Of a DNA stretch of 64,000 nucleotides, positions 48,001 to 64,000 are shown in pieces (positions within the stretch are counted from its first letter, which is position 1; every line of letters begins with the position of its first letter). The notes beneath the pieces were generated by a model that saw only the letters and a program-made list of their open reading frames with translations, had not been told where the DNA came from and did not search any database. The position numbers and the translations under genes were made by a program. This DNA is from the human T2T-CHM13v2.0 reference genome, Homo sapiens, in the NCBI RefSeq assembly GCF_009914755.1, contig NC_060927.1, one strand, 5' to 3'.

Positions 48001-49195
48001 AATGGTATTATATCTTCTTTAATTCTACTGGTAGGTTGAACTTTTAAACATTTAACTATACTGTATTTCTCAGATCTCCTGCCGTGTGTGTGTGTGTGCA
48101 TACACCCCCTGCCCCCCCCCACAACATACACATACAAATACATATTTGGACTTTAAAAAACACTATGAACTTGAATTTTTTGGTTGTGTATACACCAGTT
48201 TCTAATTGATTAGAAAAATGAGAAATTCTCTTTTTTTTAAGTATATAGGAACTAAATCAAAATATTGTGAAACCTGAAAAGAAAATACCACAACCCCAAG
48301 CAGAAAGGGCTTAGTTAGCTTTAAAAAAACTACATGGTTGTTAAACAAGGCTTGTCAAGCTATTAAAAACAAGAGTAACATAAAACTTACAATTTCTAAA
48401 TAGGACAACTGTTTCTAAATATGTTAAGTGGTGTTTAAGTCAGTTAAATCTTACAGCCAAAATGTTGTATTAATGCATGAGTGAGATGCATTATAGATGA
48501 CTTGATAATAAAGTTATGTATGTTTACAACAGAGCATTTTGTTCTTAGAACATAGTGGGAGCCTGAAGTCTTGGGATTATCCATGATCATAATTGAACAT
48601 ATGTTTAGTTTACTCTGGGCACCGTATTTTCAAAGGGACATAAATGAACTAGAGAATGCTTAAAATGTTGGGACATGGTTAGTCATAGTGTCACATGAGA
48701 AACGTTTGAAGAAACCAGGGATAAAAAAAGCCGGAATGAGTTAAGATTCAAGCATGGCATCATTATATACAAATGCTAGATGAGCTATCAATGCAGATTT
48801 CAGGTTTTGATTGTACCCCTGAGATGGATTAAGCGTTTGTAGGTAGAAGTATGAAGAATCTAAACAGTTTTGTGGAGATATTCGTAGTTAGATCAAACAT
48901 TCCCCTAAAAATGTTCAGGGCACATTGTCTCACTGGAACTCTTTGTTCAGAAACTGAACATTTACTTAGCAAGGCTTGTTGTAGAGATGATTTTATCATT
49001 TGATGGTAGTTGAACTAGCTAAGTTTTACACTCATTTTCAGCCCTGAAATTAAAACAAACTTGAACAACTGGAGGAATTTATGCCATTATACACATTGTA
49101 ACTCTAGCATACAATGCGTGAAAAATATGCTAGTTTTTTTCATAGCACATTTTAAAACTGAACATTTGAAATGGGCTGTGTATAAAGATAAATGA

Positions 49196-49700
<505 letters not shown>

Positions 49701-50019
49701 CTGATCTGATTGACTTTGTGAACTATTTATATTCATCTATTGTTGCTTGTATTACATTGCAAGAATACAAAACTAATAAAAATGTATGAACTTATTGTAA
49801 ACTTGGTAAATTGAGAATAAAGATCTCATTTTTTTTGTGTTAACTTTATAAGAATCTGTGAGAGCCAGAATGATTTCAGACACTGATGACAATTTTAACA
49901 GAAACATAGGCGTTTCACAATGCAGTGGGAAAATTAATAGCAGAATTAGAAAATAAATTAGAATAGATATTAGTTGAAATAATCTGAAATGCATTTGAAA
50001 GGAAAATAAGGAACAGAGA

Positions 50020-50443
50020 TTTCTTAGTCCATTTGTGTTGCTATAAAGGAATGCCTGAGACTAGGTAATTTACAAGAAAAGAAGTTTATTTGGTTTACAG
50101 TTCTGCAGGTTGTACAAGAATTATGGTGCTGGCACCTGCTTCTGGTGAGGGCCTCAGGCTGCTTCCACTCATTGTGGAAGGTGAAGGGGAGCCAGTGTGT
50201 ACAGAGATCACAGGGCCAGAAGGAAGGAAGAGAGATAGAGGGGAGGTGGCAGGCTCTTTTTAACAACCATCTCTTGCAGGAACTAAAAGAGGTAGAACTC
50301 ACTCACTACCATGAAAATGGCACTAAGCCATTTTTGAGGTATCTATCTCCCTGACCCAAATACTTCCCATTAGGCCCCTCCTTGCAACATTGAGGATCGG
50401 ATTCAACATGAGATTTTGAGGAGACAGACATCCAAACTATAGC
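50020..50443 (-). mobile_element. MST (MSTB-like) MaLR solo LTR
   Basis: cttagtccatttgtgttgctataaaggaatgcctgagact...catccaaactatagca; TSD agaga/agagg. Confidence 0.88.
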
Positions 50444-52704
50444 AAGAGGAAGTTGCTATAAAAACAGATCAAAGAAATTGGGAAAGATTGCAACACACTG
50501 AGATCCTTAAACAGTTTCCATTTCAAATGGAATAGATAAAGCCATACTAAGTATAAAACAAAATATAATGAAAATGTATGTTATCAAATAAGTGGAAGGA
50601 TCGTAAGAAGAATATGAATCTGGAAATCAGAATGAAAGAAAACAATACAAGTTTTGTTTTGTTGGTAGGAAAATGTTGGCTGGAAAATGTTAAATAAAGA
50701 TATAAATTCGAGAAAAGAGGGATGTTTGTCTTGAATGTTCATTCAGTGACATAGGGAAGGTGGTGAAAAGCAAGAAATTCCAAGGAATAGAGTTAAATGA
50801 AAGCATTTTATATGAGTATTAAAGATAGGTAGCGAAATTCAAGGTACACAGAACCATCTTAAGGTCTGAAAGGCCTTAAAAATAATCCAATCCCATACCC
50901 AGTGAATGGAGCTTGGCCCTATATTCTTGAGAAGTGCTTGCTTAGTATAGACTCAAAAGTACATTTCTTATAAGGCTATACATTTATAGTTTTAAACAGC
51001 TTCCCAATGCCTATCATACATTCGCTTTAGAAATATTTTAGAAATATTATTTTAAAAAGAAATATTTTAGATGATTTCTAACATGAATGATGGAGTGATA
51101 GGTACAGGGAAGGATGAGAGACCAGGTCCCCTAAAACCCAGAGAGACTAAATGTCATTTGGGACTTTTGCACAGAAAGAGGAGCATGGATTTGACCTATG
51201 TTTCTCATTGCATAGAGATATCCTAGGAAGATTTCAAAACTTTTGTATGTTTAGTTTTCTCATCTGTGAAATGGCGATAATAATAGTATCTATAAGACAG
51301 AGTTTCTATAAGGATTAAATGGATAGTATATGTGAAGACCATATCATGGTGCATGGCACATTTATGATGTTCATTAAACGTTGCTGTTAATATATGAGAA
51401 GGGCTGAAGACATCTGCTTTAAGTCAGCATTTATTGAACACAGTTCAGGGGAGGAAGATTGGATTACATAAGATGGTCTTCCTGTCCCTTCAAATCAACT
51501 TGGGATTTTTTTTTACTTTGGGCAGCTACCTTTCAACCTTCAGTGCTTCCCGCTTCCCCGTATAAATATAAGAGAAAATAAGATAATGAAGAATGAACTA
51601 TAAAACAATTTAGAGGCTTCTTGCAACTATATCTGGTTTTGATCTCTTTCTAATTTTATTCCACTTACTGCATTTCTAAGAATAGTCATTGATGTGTAAG
51701 TTATTACGATAGTGGCTGAATAACATTAAAAATATTTTATCATGAAGTAGTTCTTTCTAGACATTTGATGATTGAAAATTTCATACTACCTCTCGGAAAC
51801 TTGGAGGCATAGTTTTCAGGGTTACAGAATGTTCATTATTAGTATTTAGTATTTTTTAGATTAAAATTCCCATCTTAGGGTGTACCTTCTCTGAGCCAGT
51901 CATTTTCTTAGATTTTGAAACTTTTCTACACCTAACACGATGGAGTAACAGGGACTGGATTTATCTTTCTGCCCAAAATAACAACAAAAATGTGGGAAAA
52001 AATGAAACAACAGTTTCTAGACAGTAAACAATAACAAGCAGCACAGAGCATTGATCCCAGAAACAGGGGCAATGAAAGAGACAAGCGTTAGAATTGTCCT
52101 GGCTTACATTTCAAAGAGAGCTTCCGGGCCATAATGCAGGAAGGGGGAAGCCAGGTGGATCCTGGAAATATCCAGAGTGATTATGAGAAACTGATCAGGC
52201 TTGTCTTGGTATGTTATGACTTGAATAACACTGCACTAATTGTGTTTTATGGAATTGTCATTGGAACATTCATATCTTTACATTTATACGTACAACACCT
52301 GTTAATGAAGTACTTAGTAAGGTCCGTGGTTGCAGTTACAGGGGAAAATCATTAACGATGATGGTGAAGCAAGAAAGGCTGGATAAAAAGAGAGAAAGAC
52401 GATACGTGAGACCTAAATAAGTGAAAAAATGAGGGGTCCATTCAAGAGAATGAAAAAGTTCAGTTTGAATGAAATCACAATTGTCAAATCAGAGACATGA
52501 TGAAAGAACTACAGGTAAGCCAGGCTACACAGGGTCTTAGAGCATCTTAAAGATTTGTGTATTGTTGCGAGGGAACAGGAAGCCATTGAAGAGTTTAAGC
52601 AGAGTGTGAGATCATTGAGTATATACTGCTGGGGTCTTTGGATGCTAACTAGAGATAACCATTAAAATTTTCTGACTTAAATCTGATGAGAGGAAAAAAC
52701 TTAT

Positions 52705-52789
52705 TTCCCTTTCAACAGAAACTTCGGGTCTGAACTTTGTAGAGTTTATTGTGGCTAAAATGACCACGTTTTTCAAAGAAAAATCGACA
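52705..52789 (-). pseudogene. Pseudo-exon, 85 nt, phase 2>0, donor apparently mutated GT>AT
   Basis: cctatag|T...GAA|ataagt; (S)VDFSLKNVVILATINSTKFRPEVSVERE. Confidence 0.5.
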
Positions 52790-53591
52790 CTATAGGATTT
52801 TTTAAAATGACATGTGAAAGCCTTACATTATAAATTAAATCACCATCTCATATTCAGCTGCATTTTTTAAAAGAATCCAACTATATATATTGAGTGTCTT
52901 GGTCACTTTGGTCCTGACTTATACTGTAGCTGTACTTTTGAATAACTGCATCTGTCCATGGCCACTGAGAATCTAGACCCCATCACTGCAGATGTGATGA
53001 TATTTTTGTTATTCTTATTTCTTTGCTTGGATTTATGTAAATTTTTTTACCCTTCCAGCCTACCTAACTACATTATAATTTTTTTGGTATCAGGGAGTAT
53101 ATAAAGGCTGTGTTCGTCCCCAGTGCTAAGTACAGACCCTAGGCATTCAATACATTCTTGTTCAAATGAATCTTATGGAGAATTCCAACCCATATAGGAG
53201 AATTCTCACTATTCAAGAATTTATCTCCAAATTTTCAGCATCATTTAAAAATGACAAATAAATTTTGACATGCAATTAGACTAGCAGAGTCACCCTAGTT
53301 ACAACTGGTTCCTATCCTCTCCCCCTTTAGATATTTGAAGAAAATAAAGTATGTTAAAAGAACTCAAAATAAATTTTTAATTATGATATTATGATTGATG
53401 ATTATTGAATGCATGCTAGCTTTTTTCCCTACTGTTTATTCTATATTTCACCATAGGATAATGCTAATATAAAATTATTAAAGGATTAATTCACTTCAGT
53501 GAATTAATGATAAAGTATTTGGGGATCCCTAAAATTCTTCTGAGTTTTAAGTGGCTTATTTGTGTTGATTTGTTTTGAACTATAATATTTT

Positions 53592-53906
53592 ATTTTATTT
53601 TATTTTATTTATTAACTTTTTTTGAGATAGAGTCTCGCTCTGTTGTGCAGGCTGGAGGGCGATGGCAGGATCTTGGCTCACTGCAACCTCCGCCTCCCAG
53701 GTTGAAGAGATTTTCCTGCCTCTGCCTCCCGAGTAGCTGGGATTACAGGCATTCGCTACCATGCATGACTAATTTTTTTGTGTTATTAGTGGAGATGGGG
53801 TTTCACCATATTGGTCAGGCTGGTCTCGAACTCCTGACCTCAGGTGATCCACCCGCCTCAGCCTCCCAAAGTGCTGGGATTACAGGCGTGAGCCACCGCG
53901 CCTGGC
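53592..53906 (-). mobile_element. AluS
   Basis: Alu dimer, perfect TSD gaactataatatttt. Confidence 0.95.
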
Positions 53907-54289
53907 GAACTATAATATTTTAATGCCATTTTTTACAGTAAGTAAAATATTAATCCATCACATAATTAACCGTTAAAATGTCTCATGCCCATTCCCTGTC
54001 TCATTTGTAAAAAGTGGTACTTGTATTGTCACTTCTACGGCACTTATCTGTCCCACACATTTTGGCAACAGATTATTTTTCTTCTGGATTCTTCTCTAAT
54101 AGTGTTATATTTATAAGCTTGTCTCTTGCACAACAGAATGAACTTCACAAGGGCATTGGCTTTTCTTCTATCTCTTAGTGAATAATTGTCACTTAGGATT
54201 TATTGAAACACAGTACCAAACATGTATTAGGTACCCCACTGATATTTGTTAACTTGAATAAGTTGAATATGACAACTTTGTTTTGCTTT

Positions 54290-55010
54290 GTTTTATTGAA
54301 TTTTTCAGGATTATTTGTATGCAATAAAATGCTCATATCTGAAGTGTACAATGTGTTAACTTTTTGACAGCCATTAACTACTACTCAGATAAAGATATAG
54401 TATATCTTCATAATTTTCCAAAGTTCTTTTATGTCCCTTTTAGGTAGTAGTCTCCACTGTACCCCAGGTTACCACTTTTCTGACTTTTTATCCCTTAGAG
54501 TATTTTTACTTGGTCTAGAATTTCTTATAAATAGAAGCATATAGTATATACTCTTCTTTGCCTTCTTTTGCTCAACATTTTAATATTCATACATATTATT
54601 CTATCTATCAGTAGTGTGATCTTTTTCAATTCCAGATAGTATTCTACATATGAATATATCACAATTTATTCCATTCTTTTGTTGATGGACATTTTGGATG
54701 TTCCCAGTTTGGGACTACTATAAATAAAACAGTTATGAATATCTGCTGCAAGTCTTGTTGTGGACATATGCACTCATTTCTATAGGAGTAAAACTGCTGA
54801 ATGATAGGTTAAGTATATGCACATATTCATTAGAAACTGCCAAGCTCTTCTTCAAAGTGATTGTCACATTTACACTGTTACCAACAATGCATGGAGGTTT
54901 CATTTGTGTCCACATTCCCACTAACATGCGTATTGTTATTCTTTTGACCTTCACGATTCTTGTGGGTGTATAGTGCTATTGCACTGTGGTTTAACAAGAG
55001 TTTTCTTGAG
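54290..55010 (-). mobile_element. Old L1M (MB/MC/ME-like) 3' fragment
   Basis: gttgatggacattttggatgttcccagtttggg...tggacatatgcactcatttct motifs. Confidence 0.7.
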
Positions 55011-55289
55011 GACTGTTGATTGCAGATACCTAATTTTAAGAGAAGTATGTGTAAATTGTGCATTTTTCAAACATATTTTTGTACAAAAAGCAGCAATTAC
55101 TTTGTCTCCCTGTGCCTTTGCTATTCATGGAAAAACGGGAATATTAGTAGTACTATCTTATACTGTGACCCTGAAGAGTAAATGAGATAAATTTAGCACA
55201 GTGCCAGACACATAGTAATCACTTTATATAAAATGTTAACTATTATTGTGAGTAAAGGCAATATATTGTTTTTTCATCATTGTTAGTAT

Positions 55290-55520
55290 TATTGAGAGGC
55301 AGAATGGCATAGTATTTATTGCCTGTGTTCAAATCCTGGCTTTACCACTTACTAACTAATGACTTTAGGCAAGTTACTTAATTTCCCTGTGTCTCAGTTT
55401 CCTCATCTATACAATGGGAATAATGCAGCACCTGTTTCATAAGATTTTGTGATACTAAATGAGTCAATAGGTTTCTTGGCACATAATAAACAAGATAAAT
55501 GTGTTGGCTGTTATTATTAC
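55290..55520 (+). mobile_element. MIR
   Basis: gttcaaatcctggc...gactttaggcaagttacttaatttccctgtgtctcagtttcctcatct core; similar MIR cores near 1450, 33300, 40600 and 51260. Confidence 0.75.
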
Positions 55521-55715
55521 CAACAGGGTGCTGTTATTACTTTATATCTTTCTTACGAGTATATCTCTTTAAAGTAGCAATTTATTTAAATGTTTTCATT
55601 TTAGCATATTGATAGAATATTAATTTTAATCCAGCAATCCAGTTTACCTAAATATTCTCCGAAATAAAAGTTGAAACTTTTTTTTTAAGTGTAGGCAGTT
55701 CTCTTGGTATTGGGT

Positions 55716-56160
55716 TTGTGTCAGTTATCTCTTGCTGTGTCACAAACCCCAAAACTCAGTGGCCTAAATCATTGGCCACTAATTTAGTGTACAATTCTGG
55801 AGGTCAGCAGTTTTGACTGGGCTCTGCTGATGTTTACCCTGGTCTTGAATGCATGGATGGTCAGCTCTGTTTCTAGCAGTTGAGTTGCTTCAGTTAGTGG
55901 AAGCATTTGAACCATACATCTTATCAGCCAGCCAGCTTTCCCTAGCTTGTTCCCATGGTGGTGAGGCAGGCCAAACTGTAAAGAGCAAAGAGCAGAAGCA
56001 AGGTCTCTGGAGGCCCAGCCTTAGCTCTTGTGCAGTGTTGCTTCCACCATGTTTTATTCCTAGTGTAAATCATAAGGTTTAGGGACCTGAGAAACAGACA
56101 AAACCTATTGATGTCAGGAGCTGCCAAGTTACATTGCAAAGGAAAGGCAGAAGAGTTGTG
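55716..56160. mobile_element. Old MLT1-type MaLR LTR
   Basis: tgtgtcagttatctcttgctgtgtcacaaaccccaaaactcagtggc start. Confidence 0.6.
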
Positions 56161-56194
56161 ACTTTTTTTTTTTTTTTACTGAATACCTCACTCA

Positions 56195-58304
<2,110 letters not shown>

Positions 58305-58719
58305 TTAATTATTTCAATGGAAGTTACTAAAGAACATTGAAGTTTGTTAGAAAAAAGAGGATGTCACTGTAATATACCATAATTGACAAGTAATAACTAT
58401 TTGAGTACTGACTGGAGGAGACCAAGCTTAAATGGTTATTCCTGGGAAGAATGATTTGTCTCAGGGTGCGTAGATACAAATGTTACCAACCCACCATGAC
58501 AAAGTTTAGGCAAATACAAAGAGCAACACTAACTTTGATATTGTATAGAACAAAAGGGCAGAAGAAGAATAAGATGGTCCACAGATATTGCAGGTGACAT
58601 GTACTATATGCAACAGGTGTTTGTTTAGGTTATGTTATCACCCTTTGCTCTGAAAAAAAAAAAAAAAAAAAACTATAATTCCAATGAGGTAGAAAATTGG
58701 ATTGTAACAGAAAACTCAC

Positions 58720-58928
58720 CTTTCAGATGTTCTTGAAAGATCTTCAATGTAGTATTCTAAAAGTTCTATTGAATTATTTTAAACCATGTTATTTCTATTT
58801 TCTTCTGAAAAGAACTAGGTGACGTTAAAGAAGTCTGGATAGAGGAATGGAAACAATTTCAAAAAGTCTTTCTTCAGGCCTTTGATCATAGGCATTATTT
58901 TCAATTTGGATGAACTGGGGTATTCTGA
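58720..58928 (-). pseudogene. Pseudo-exon, 209 nt, phase 0>2
   Basis: cttcttaggtag|TCA...GAAAG|gtgagt; SEYPSSSKLKIMPMIKGLKKDFLKLFPFLYPDFFNVT*FFSEENRNNMV*NNSIELLEYYIEDLSRTSE. Confidence 0.65.
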
Positions 58929-59073
58929 CTACCTAAGAAGTCTATTGTCAAAATCTGAATTTATTCTGCAATATAAATTCAGTTTGGGTACTTTAAATGT
59001 CAACCGTAATGTCTTTCAATCAGTTTATTACTGAGATTTTTCCAGATTTGATGTGTGGTATCAAGTAACTTAC

Positions 59074-59119
59074 ATTATTTGCAACTATGAGAATGCACAG
59101 AAAGCTTCGTAATTTACAT
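59074..59119 (-). pseudogene. Pseudo-exon, 46 nt, phase 2>0
   Basis: cattccttttag|A...AAT|gtaagt; CKLRSFLCILIVANN. Confidence 0.65.
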
Positions 59120-59559
59120 CTAAAAGGAATGCAGGACAGATTTGGTTTTAGTTTTATTTTAAAATTTTCATCAGAAGGAAATCATCTGTATACATCATAC
59201 TGTTGAATATTTCCAAATGATGTTAAACATTCTGATGCTTTAACAATTACATTAAAAATTACAGAATTGATTTAAGATTGTGTTAAGAGGTTATGTTGTT
59301 GCTTTTGAAAACAGTGAGATAAGATAAATCAGATTCCATCTCCTCAGTGCTGCCTATGCTGACCTGCCTATATAAAATAGCAAATCCCATACATCGTCTG
59401 TCTGATTTCACCCTGCCCATTTAATCCCCACGCATTTTAGACTTATAAAATACTGTATATTTTTCTTACTTGTTATTTTTATTTTCCGTCTACCTACAAA
59501 TAAATTTGAGCTTCATGCGACCAGAGGTTTTTGATTGTTATGTGTTTTGGTTTGCTTGT

Positions 59560-59893
59560 TTTTGTGTGTTTTGTTTGTTTGTTTTGTTTTGTTTTCTTTT
59601 GTTTTGTCTGAGACAGAGTCTCACTCTGTCACCCAAGCTGGAGTGCAGTGGCACAATCACAGCTCACTGCAGCCTCCACCTCCTTGGGCTCAAGCAGTCC
59701 TCCCATCTCAGCCTCCTGAGTAGCTGGGACCAGAGGCACATGCCACCACACCTGGCTAATTCTTATAGGTTTTGCTAGAGACAGGGTTTCACTATGTTGC
59801 CCAGGCTAGTGTCGAACTCCTGAGCTCTAGCATCCTGCCTGCCTTGGCCTCCCAAAGGGTTGGGTTTTCAGGTGTGAGCCAGCGTGCCTGGTC
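59560..59893 (-). mobile_element. AluJ inserted in an L2-like remnant
   Basis: Alu dimer with J features and a (GTTTT)n tail. Confidence 0.9.
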
Positions 59894-60681
59894 ATCTGTT
59901 ATGTTAAGTGAAGAATACTTAGCAGCTGGAAGAGTGCTTGGCACAAAGTGAACACTAGGTAGATGTTGGTTGAATGAACAATTAGGTTGATAAATGAAGG
60001 CATTTAATTAAGAATGTAATTAGTAGCAAATCACCTTTAAAAATATATCTCATTTTATGTTTAAAAATAATTACAAATGTATAATTTTAACCTCCTCCTT
60101 TAAGGTTCTTGTCGTCTTGTCAGTCGAATTAAAATCTAGCCTTAACTTTTTTCTTGAAATTTAACAGGCTTATTTTCACACCTGGCTTTTGTTCTTGTAG
60201 TTGTAATTAGTCAGAATTAGTATATTAATTTTTAAACACACACTACCTCATCTTTTGCTCTACTTATCAAATTATCTAATTAAACCTTGAATTTTCAGAA
60301 AATAGTTTCCCAATTGCATTCTGTGTATATCAAAATGCCCTTGAAAAAAATGGAATTTGAAAATTTCTTTCTTCTGTCCCCCGACTCTTGCCTCTTTCTT
60401 AGTCTCTCCGTCCATATATCTCTCCTTTTCTCTCATACAATTTAATAGAGAATGAACTTCCATCTTTGGTACATTCATATTAAAAATCTAATGCCACATA
60501 TGTGGAGGAAAAATCATATAGCTACATTTCAACCAAAAAAGTATTGTGTATGAAATATATATTCTATAGTTTACTTAGTGAATGTTATTCCTGAAGACTA
60601 CAAGTGGCAGCAAAGAAATTACGTGGCATATATGTGTAGATTAAGCATGGAATGAGTATTGTTTTAAAATTAACCTATTAC

Positions 60682-60875
60682 CTGTATGGCCATGATAGTT
60701 TTTGTGAGGAGTAAATTAATGCATATATGGGAGAAGGCTTTGTAACATGTGAAACACTTGGTATATGAGAATTTGTATTGAAATGATTAGACATTAAAGC
60801 ATCTTGTTCATAAAATTTTGATAATCTTCTTTTAGCCATTTCTTCAAAGTCACTTCTATTTTTGTCAAATTTCAC
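60682..60875 (-). pseudogene. Pseudo-exon, 194 nt, phase 0>2, frame still open
   Basis: cccccctgacag|GTG...TACAG|gtaata; VKFDKNRSDFEEMAKRRLSKFYEQDALMSNHFNTNSHIPSVSHVTKPSPIYALIYSSQKLSWPY(R). Confidence 0.75.
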
Positions 60876-61199
60876 CTGTCAGGGGGGGTTTTTAGCTTCT
60901 GACCTCAGTATTGTTTCAGTGGTTGAGATTAAACAGCATTCTGACTTGTACACAGACAAGTAACTGTGCTAATATCCAGTGAAATTGAAAATGGACAGGA
61001 AATCTTTATACAGCTAAGGAACAAATAAATGATAAGAGAATTAATCCAGCATTATTGTTCAGAAAATTAAACACTTGAGCAGATTAACAAAACACATTAT
61101 AAAATTTGGATTATTTGTGAAGAGTTGCAACATTTGGGGAATGTTTTTATTAAATGAATCTTTTATTTTACTGGATGCTAATGAAAACAAACTCATTAT

Positions 61200-61395
61200 T
61201 TTTTATTTGGGGTACGAGTGTTTTTTGGTGACATGGATGAATTATATAGTTGTGAATTTTGAGATTGTAGTGGACCCGTCACCCGAGTAGTGTACGTTGT
61301 ACCTAATATGTAATTTTCTATCCCATACCCCCAACCTCTTTCTTCTGAATCTTCAAAGTCCATTATATCACACTGTCTGCCTCTCAAGCTCATAT
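61200..61395 (-). mobile_element. Old L1P 3' end fragment
   Basis: ggtgacatggatgaattatatagt...cccgtcacccgagtagtgtac...aaagtccattatatca. Confidence 0.75.
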
Positions 61396-61975
61396 TATTG
61401 AAGACTTTTCCCTATAATTTTATATTATTTTTATGCCATAATCTGATGCTTAATTTCTATTTTATTTATTAAGTATGTTTATTTTAGGGTTAACATTCAT
61501 AATGATCATAAAAATCAGGTAAGCTACAGTAGATGTAGAAATTTAACGTGTGTACACAACAGAATATTTCATGAAATTTGTGTTTAAAAACTTGATTTAC
61601 ATGATTAAATCATTTATGTAGTTTTGAAATCAGTGTTATATTCTCCTCAAAATAAATTGCATGGAAGTTTTAATAGGAATCTCCCACATACAGTATAATT
61701 ATTTATCTAAAACATAATAGTAAATATGTTTATAAATTTTACTCAAGTTTAAATATAAATAGCATTTACCGCATTAAAATATGAATTTATCTTATTTTAT
61801 TACATCAAATTGTTTGTCAGGGTCATATTTTATTTAGCGTTCCACTAATGACTACTTGAAATAAATCAGAGAAGGTAAGTCCCATAACAGCTTATGATCT
61901 AGGTCAGTCTCTTCAGATGAAGATAATGAAGTGATTTGAAAAACTGACTCTATTACTGAATAGTGGTATGCTTAC

Positions 61976-61998
61976 TTGAGATAGATTATTTATAGCCC
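61976..61998 (-). pseudogene. 23-nt micro pseudo-exon, phase 1>0
   Basis: ctctgctcttgtttgcag|GGGCTATAAATAATCTATCTCAA|gtaagc; (G)AINNLSQ; exactly bridges the phases of the flanking exons. Confidence 0.55.
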
Positions 61999-62419
61999 CT
62001 GCAAACAAGAGCAGAGTTATTTTATATTACTGAGACATTTTGAACAAGAATGTTAGACAGAGTGAATTGAATAACTTTTCTTAGGATTTAGCTCATTTTC
62101 TATCATTTCACATGTGTTGACTTTTAAAAATCTATTTTTAATTATTTCAACTGGCAATTTAATAAATACATTTGCATAATGTCCTGAAAGTTCAGGGTAG
62201 ATTTGTATGTGTAACGTTCTCAAAATAGAGGGGAGAACTGTTGGGAAAGCTTTGCATGTTTTATCTTAAGCAATACTTTTTCCTTAAAACCAAAGACATT
62301 GAAAATTACAGCCACAGGTGGATGTTTGTTTTGAGCTAAAATAGTTAACAGTCTCATTTATGAGTCCTTGCTCTTTCCATTTAGCCCCATCAAAAGGGAT
62401 GAGTTTATTTACACAGTGA

Positions 62420-62733
<314 letters not shown>

Positions 62734-62833
62734 GATCCTTCTTTATTTTTAATAAAATCTTTAATCAGAGAAACCTGGAAAATAGCATGAAGGCGTGTCC
62801 ATTTGGTGGCTTCCAGATAGGAACTTGATTTAC

Positions 62834-63061
62834 CTGCAGGAAGTGACAGCTTAGTAAATGATCCTTTTGAAAATATTGCTGTTATTACTCTTTAAATCCG
62901 GATTTGTATTAAGCCATCCTTGCTATGTCCTTGATCCTTCTTTGAATCCATTGCAGACTGAAATATCTCAATCCGCCAGATGTTCTGATACTGAACAATA
63001 GCTGTGCAATAATAATGATACAATCTCAAACACATCACAGATGCACTGTTAGTATCCATTA
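62834..63061 (-). pseudogene. Pseudo-exon, 228 nt, phase 1>1
   Basis: Branch-like gctaac + ttttttcttctacag| ... CAG|gtaaat; MDTNSASVMCLRLYHYYCTAIVQYQNIWRIEIFQSAMDSKKDQGHSKDGLIQIRI*RVITAIFSKGSFTKLSLPA (one stop). Confidence 0.7.
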
Positions 63062-63395
63062 CTGTAGAAGAAAAAACTTTGTTAGCACACGCTAATTACT
63101 TCTGTGATGGGGAGGAAAACAAAAATCCATATTAATTTATATCTTTATGGTCTGCATTATATTTCTTCATGAATAATCTATCTTAACCATTTATTAAACT
63201 ATGAATACATTTTTATAAATTTGGTTGACATTTAGGTATTTTATTAAACACAATAAATGCCAGAGGAAATTGAATTAAGAAAGCTTGTAATACGCTTTAC
63301 TACTAGTTAAAAAAAATTTGTAGCTGTAAATGGTTCTGCTCTATATCAAGAATAAATCTGTTCCCAGACCACAGAATTCTTGTTCTTTTTCATAC

Positions 63396-63683
63396 CAGAG
63401 GCCCTGACCTTTTTTGTTGATAGCTGGTTTTTAACAGCTTCACCATAGGTTTTATTCCTTTTGATTTGTAAGAAATTTGATTATCAGCCTTGAACAGAAA
63501 TCATAATCACAGCAAAAGGAGGCAAGTAACTTGGGGAATAATACAGAGTCATTTGAACAGCAGTGTGAAGTCTGAGTTTAACTGACTCAGATGCCCACTC
63601 TAGTAGAGCACTCATCAGACTTCAGACCAAATCCACTTCGGACAGAGAAGTCTCCATAAGGTATTCAGACTGGCTTCCCCTGT
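63396..63683 (-). pseudogene. Pseudo-exon, 288 nt, phase 1>1
   Basis: ttgttttaaag|AC...CTG|gtatga; RGSQSEYLMETSLSEVDLV*SLMSALLEWASESVKLRLHTAVQMTLYYSPSYLPPFAVIMISVQG**SNFLQIKRNKTYGEAVKNQLSTKKVRAS. Confidence 0.65.
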
Positions 63684-64000
63684 CTTTAAAACAAATAAAT
63701 AAACTCTACTTAATATAATAATAACTGAATTTAAGTATTTCCACAGATTAGCAATTTACGTGAGAGAAATCACCAATAACATCAAGCATATAGCCTGAAA
63801 GTCTGAAATTGATGAGAGGGATACAATTGGAGCCACTAGTTATTAATCATACGTGTGTATGTGCATGTGCACGTGTGTGTGTGTTTGTGTACAATTCTGT
63901 CTAAATTGGAACTGATCTTAAACCCATTTATATTTTTTTGTGGCAGAAATTTTATGAGGTAGGCAGGGTGAAGGAAGGCACTATTAACTTTGACTTTATA

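Noticed and set aside
58720-58932. RhoGEF DH-like reading (IVSIPLSRLL*RHLVL) from the acceptor at 58932
   Set aside because: That frame fills with stops. The acceptor at 58928 gives a better single frame with matching phases.

Overview
AT-rich primate genomic DNA, almost certainly human because it carries an AluYb8. It is dominated by Alu, L1, MaLR LTR, hAT/Tigger MITE, MIR and L2 repeats. I found no intact protein-coding gene, tRNA/rRNA or CRISPR array, and most listed ORFs are repeat-derived or chance. The main hidden structure is a large fossil multi-exon gene on the minus strand that spans nearly the whole window (about 63.7 kb to 4.7 kb). It has more than 20 exon remnants with AG/GT boundaries whose splice phases chain correctly over long runs. 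They are disabled by scattered nonsense codons, a homopolymer frameshift and mutated splice sites, and the reconstructed product is more than 1,400 codons. I could not assign it to a protein family, so it looks like an unprocessed, possibly unitary, pseudogene. Other notable structures: a twin-primed L1 with an unusually large (about 1 kb) inverted duplication under one TSD; an Alu fragment in the loop of a 34-bp hairpin; an Alu-tail (GAAGGA)6(GAA)20...(GAA)14 purine tract; a nested AT-rich palindrome; and two young Alus sharing odd variants. Exon calls were made by eye and need comparative confirmation. Repeat subfamily labels come from recalled consensus features and are approximate.
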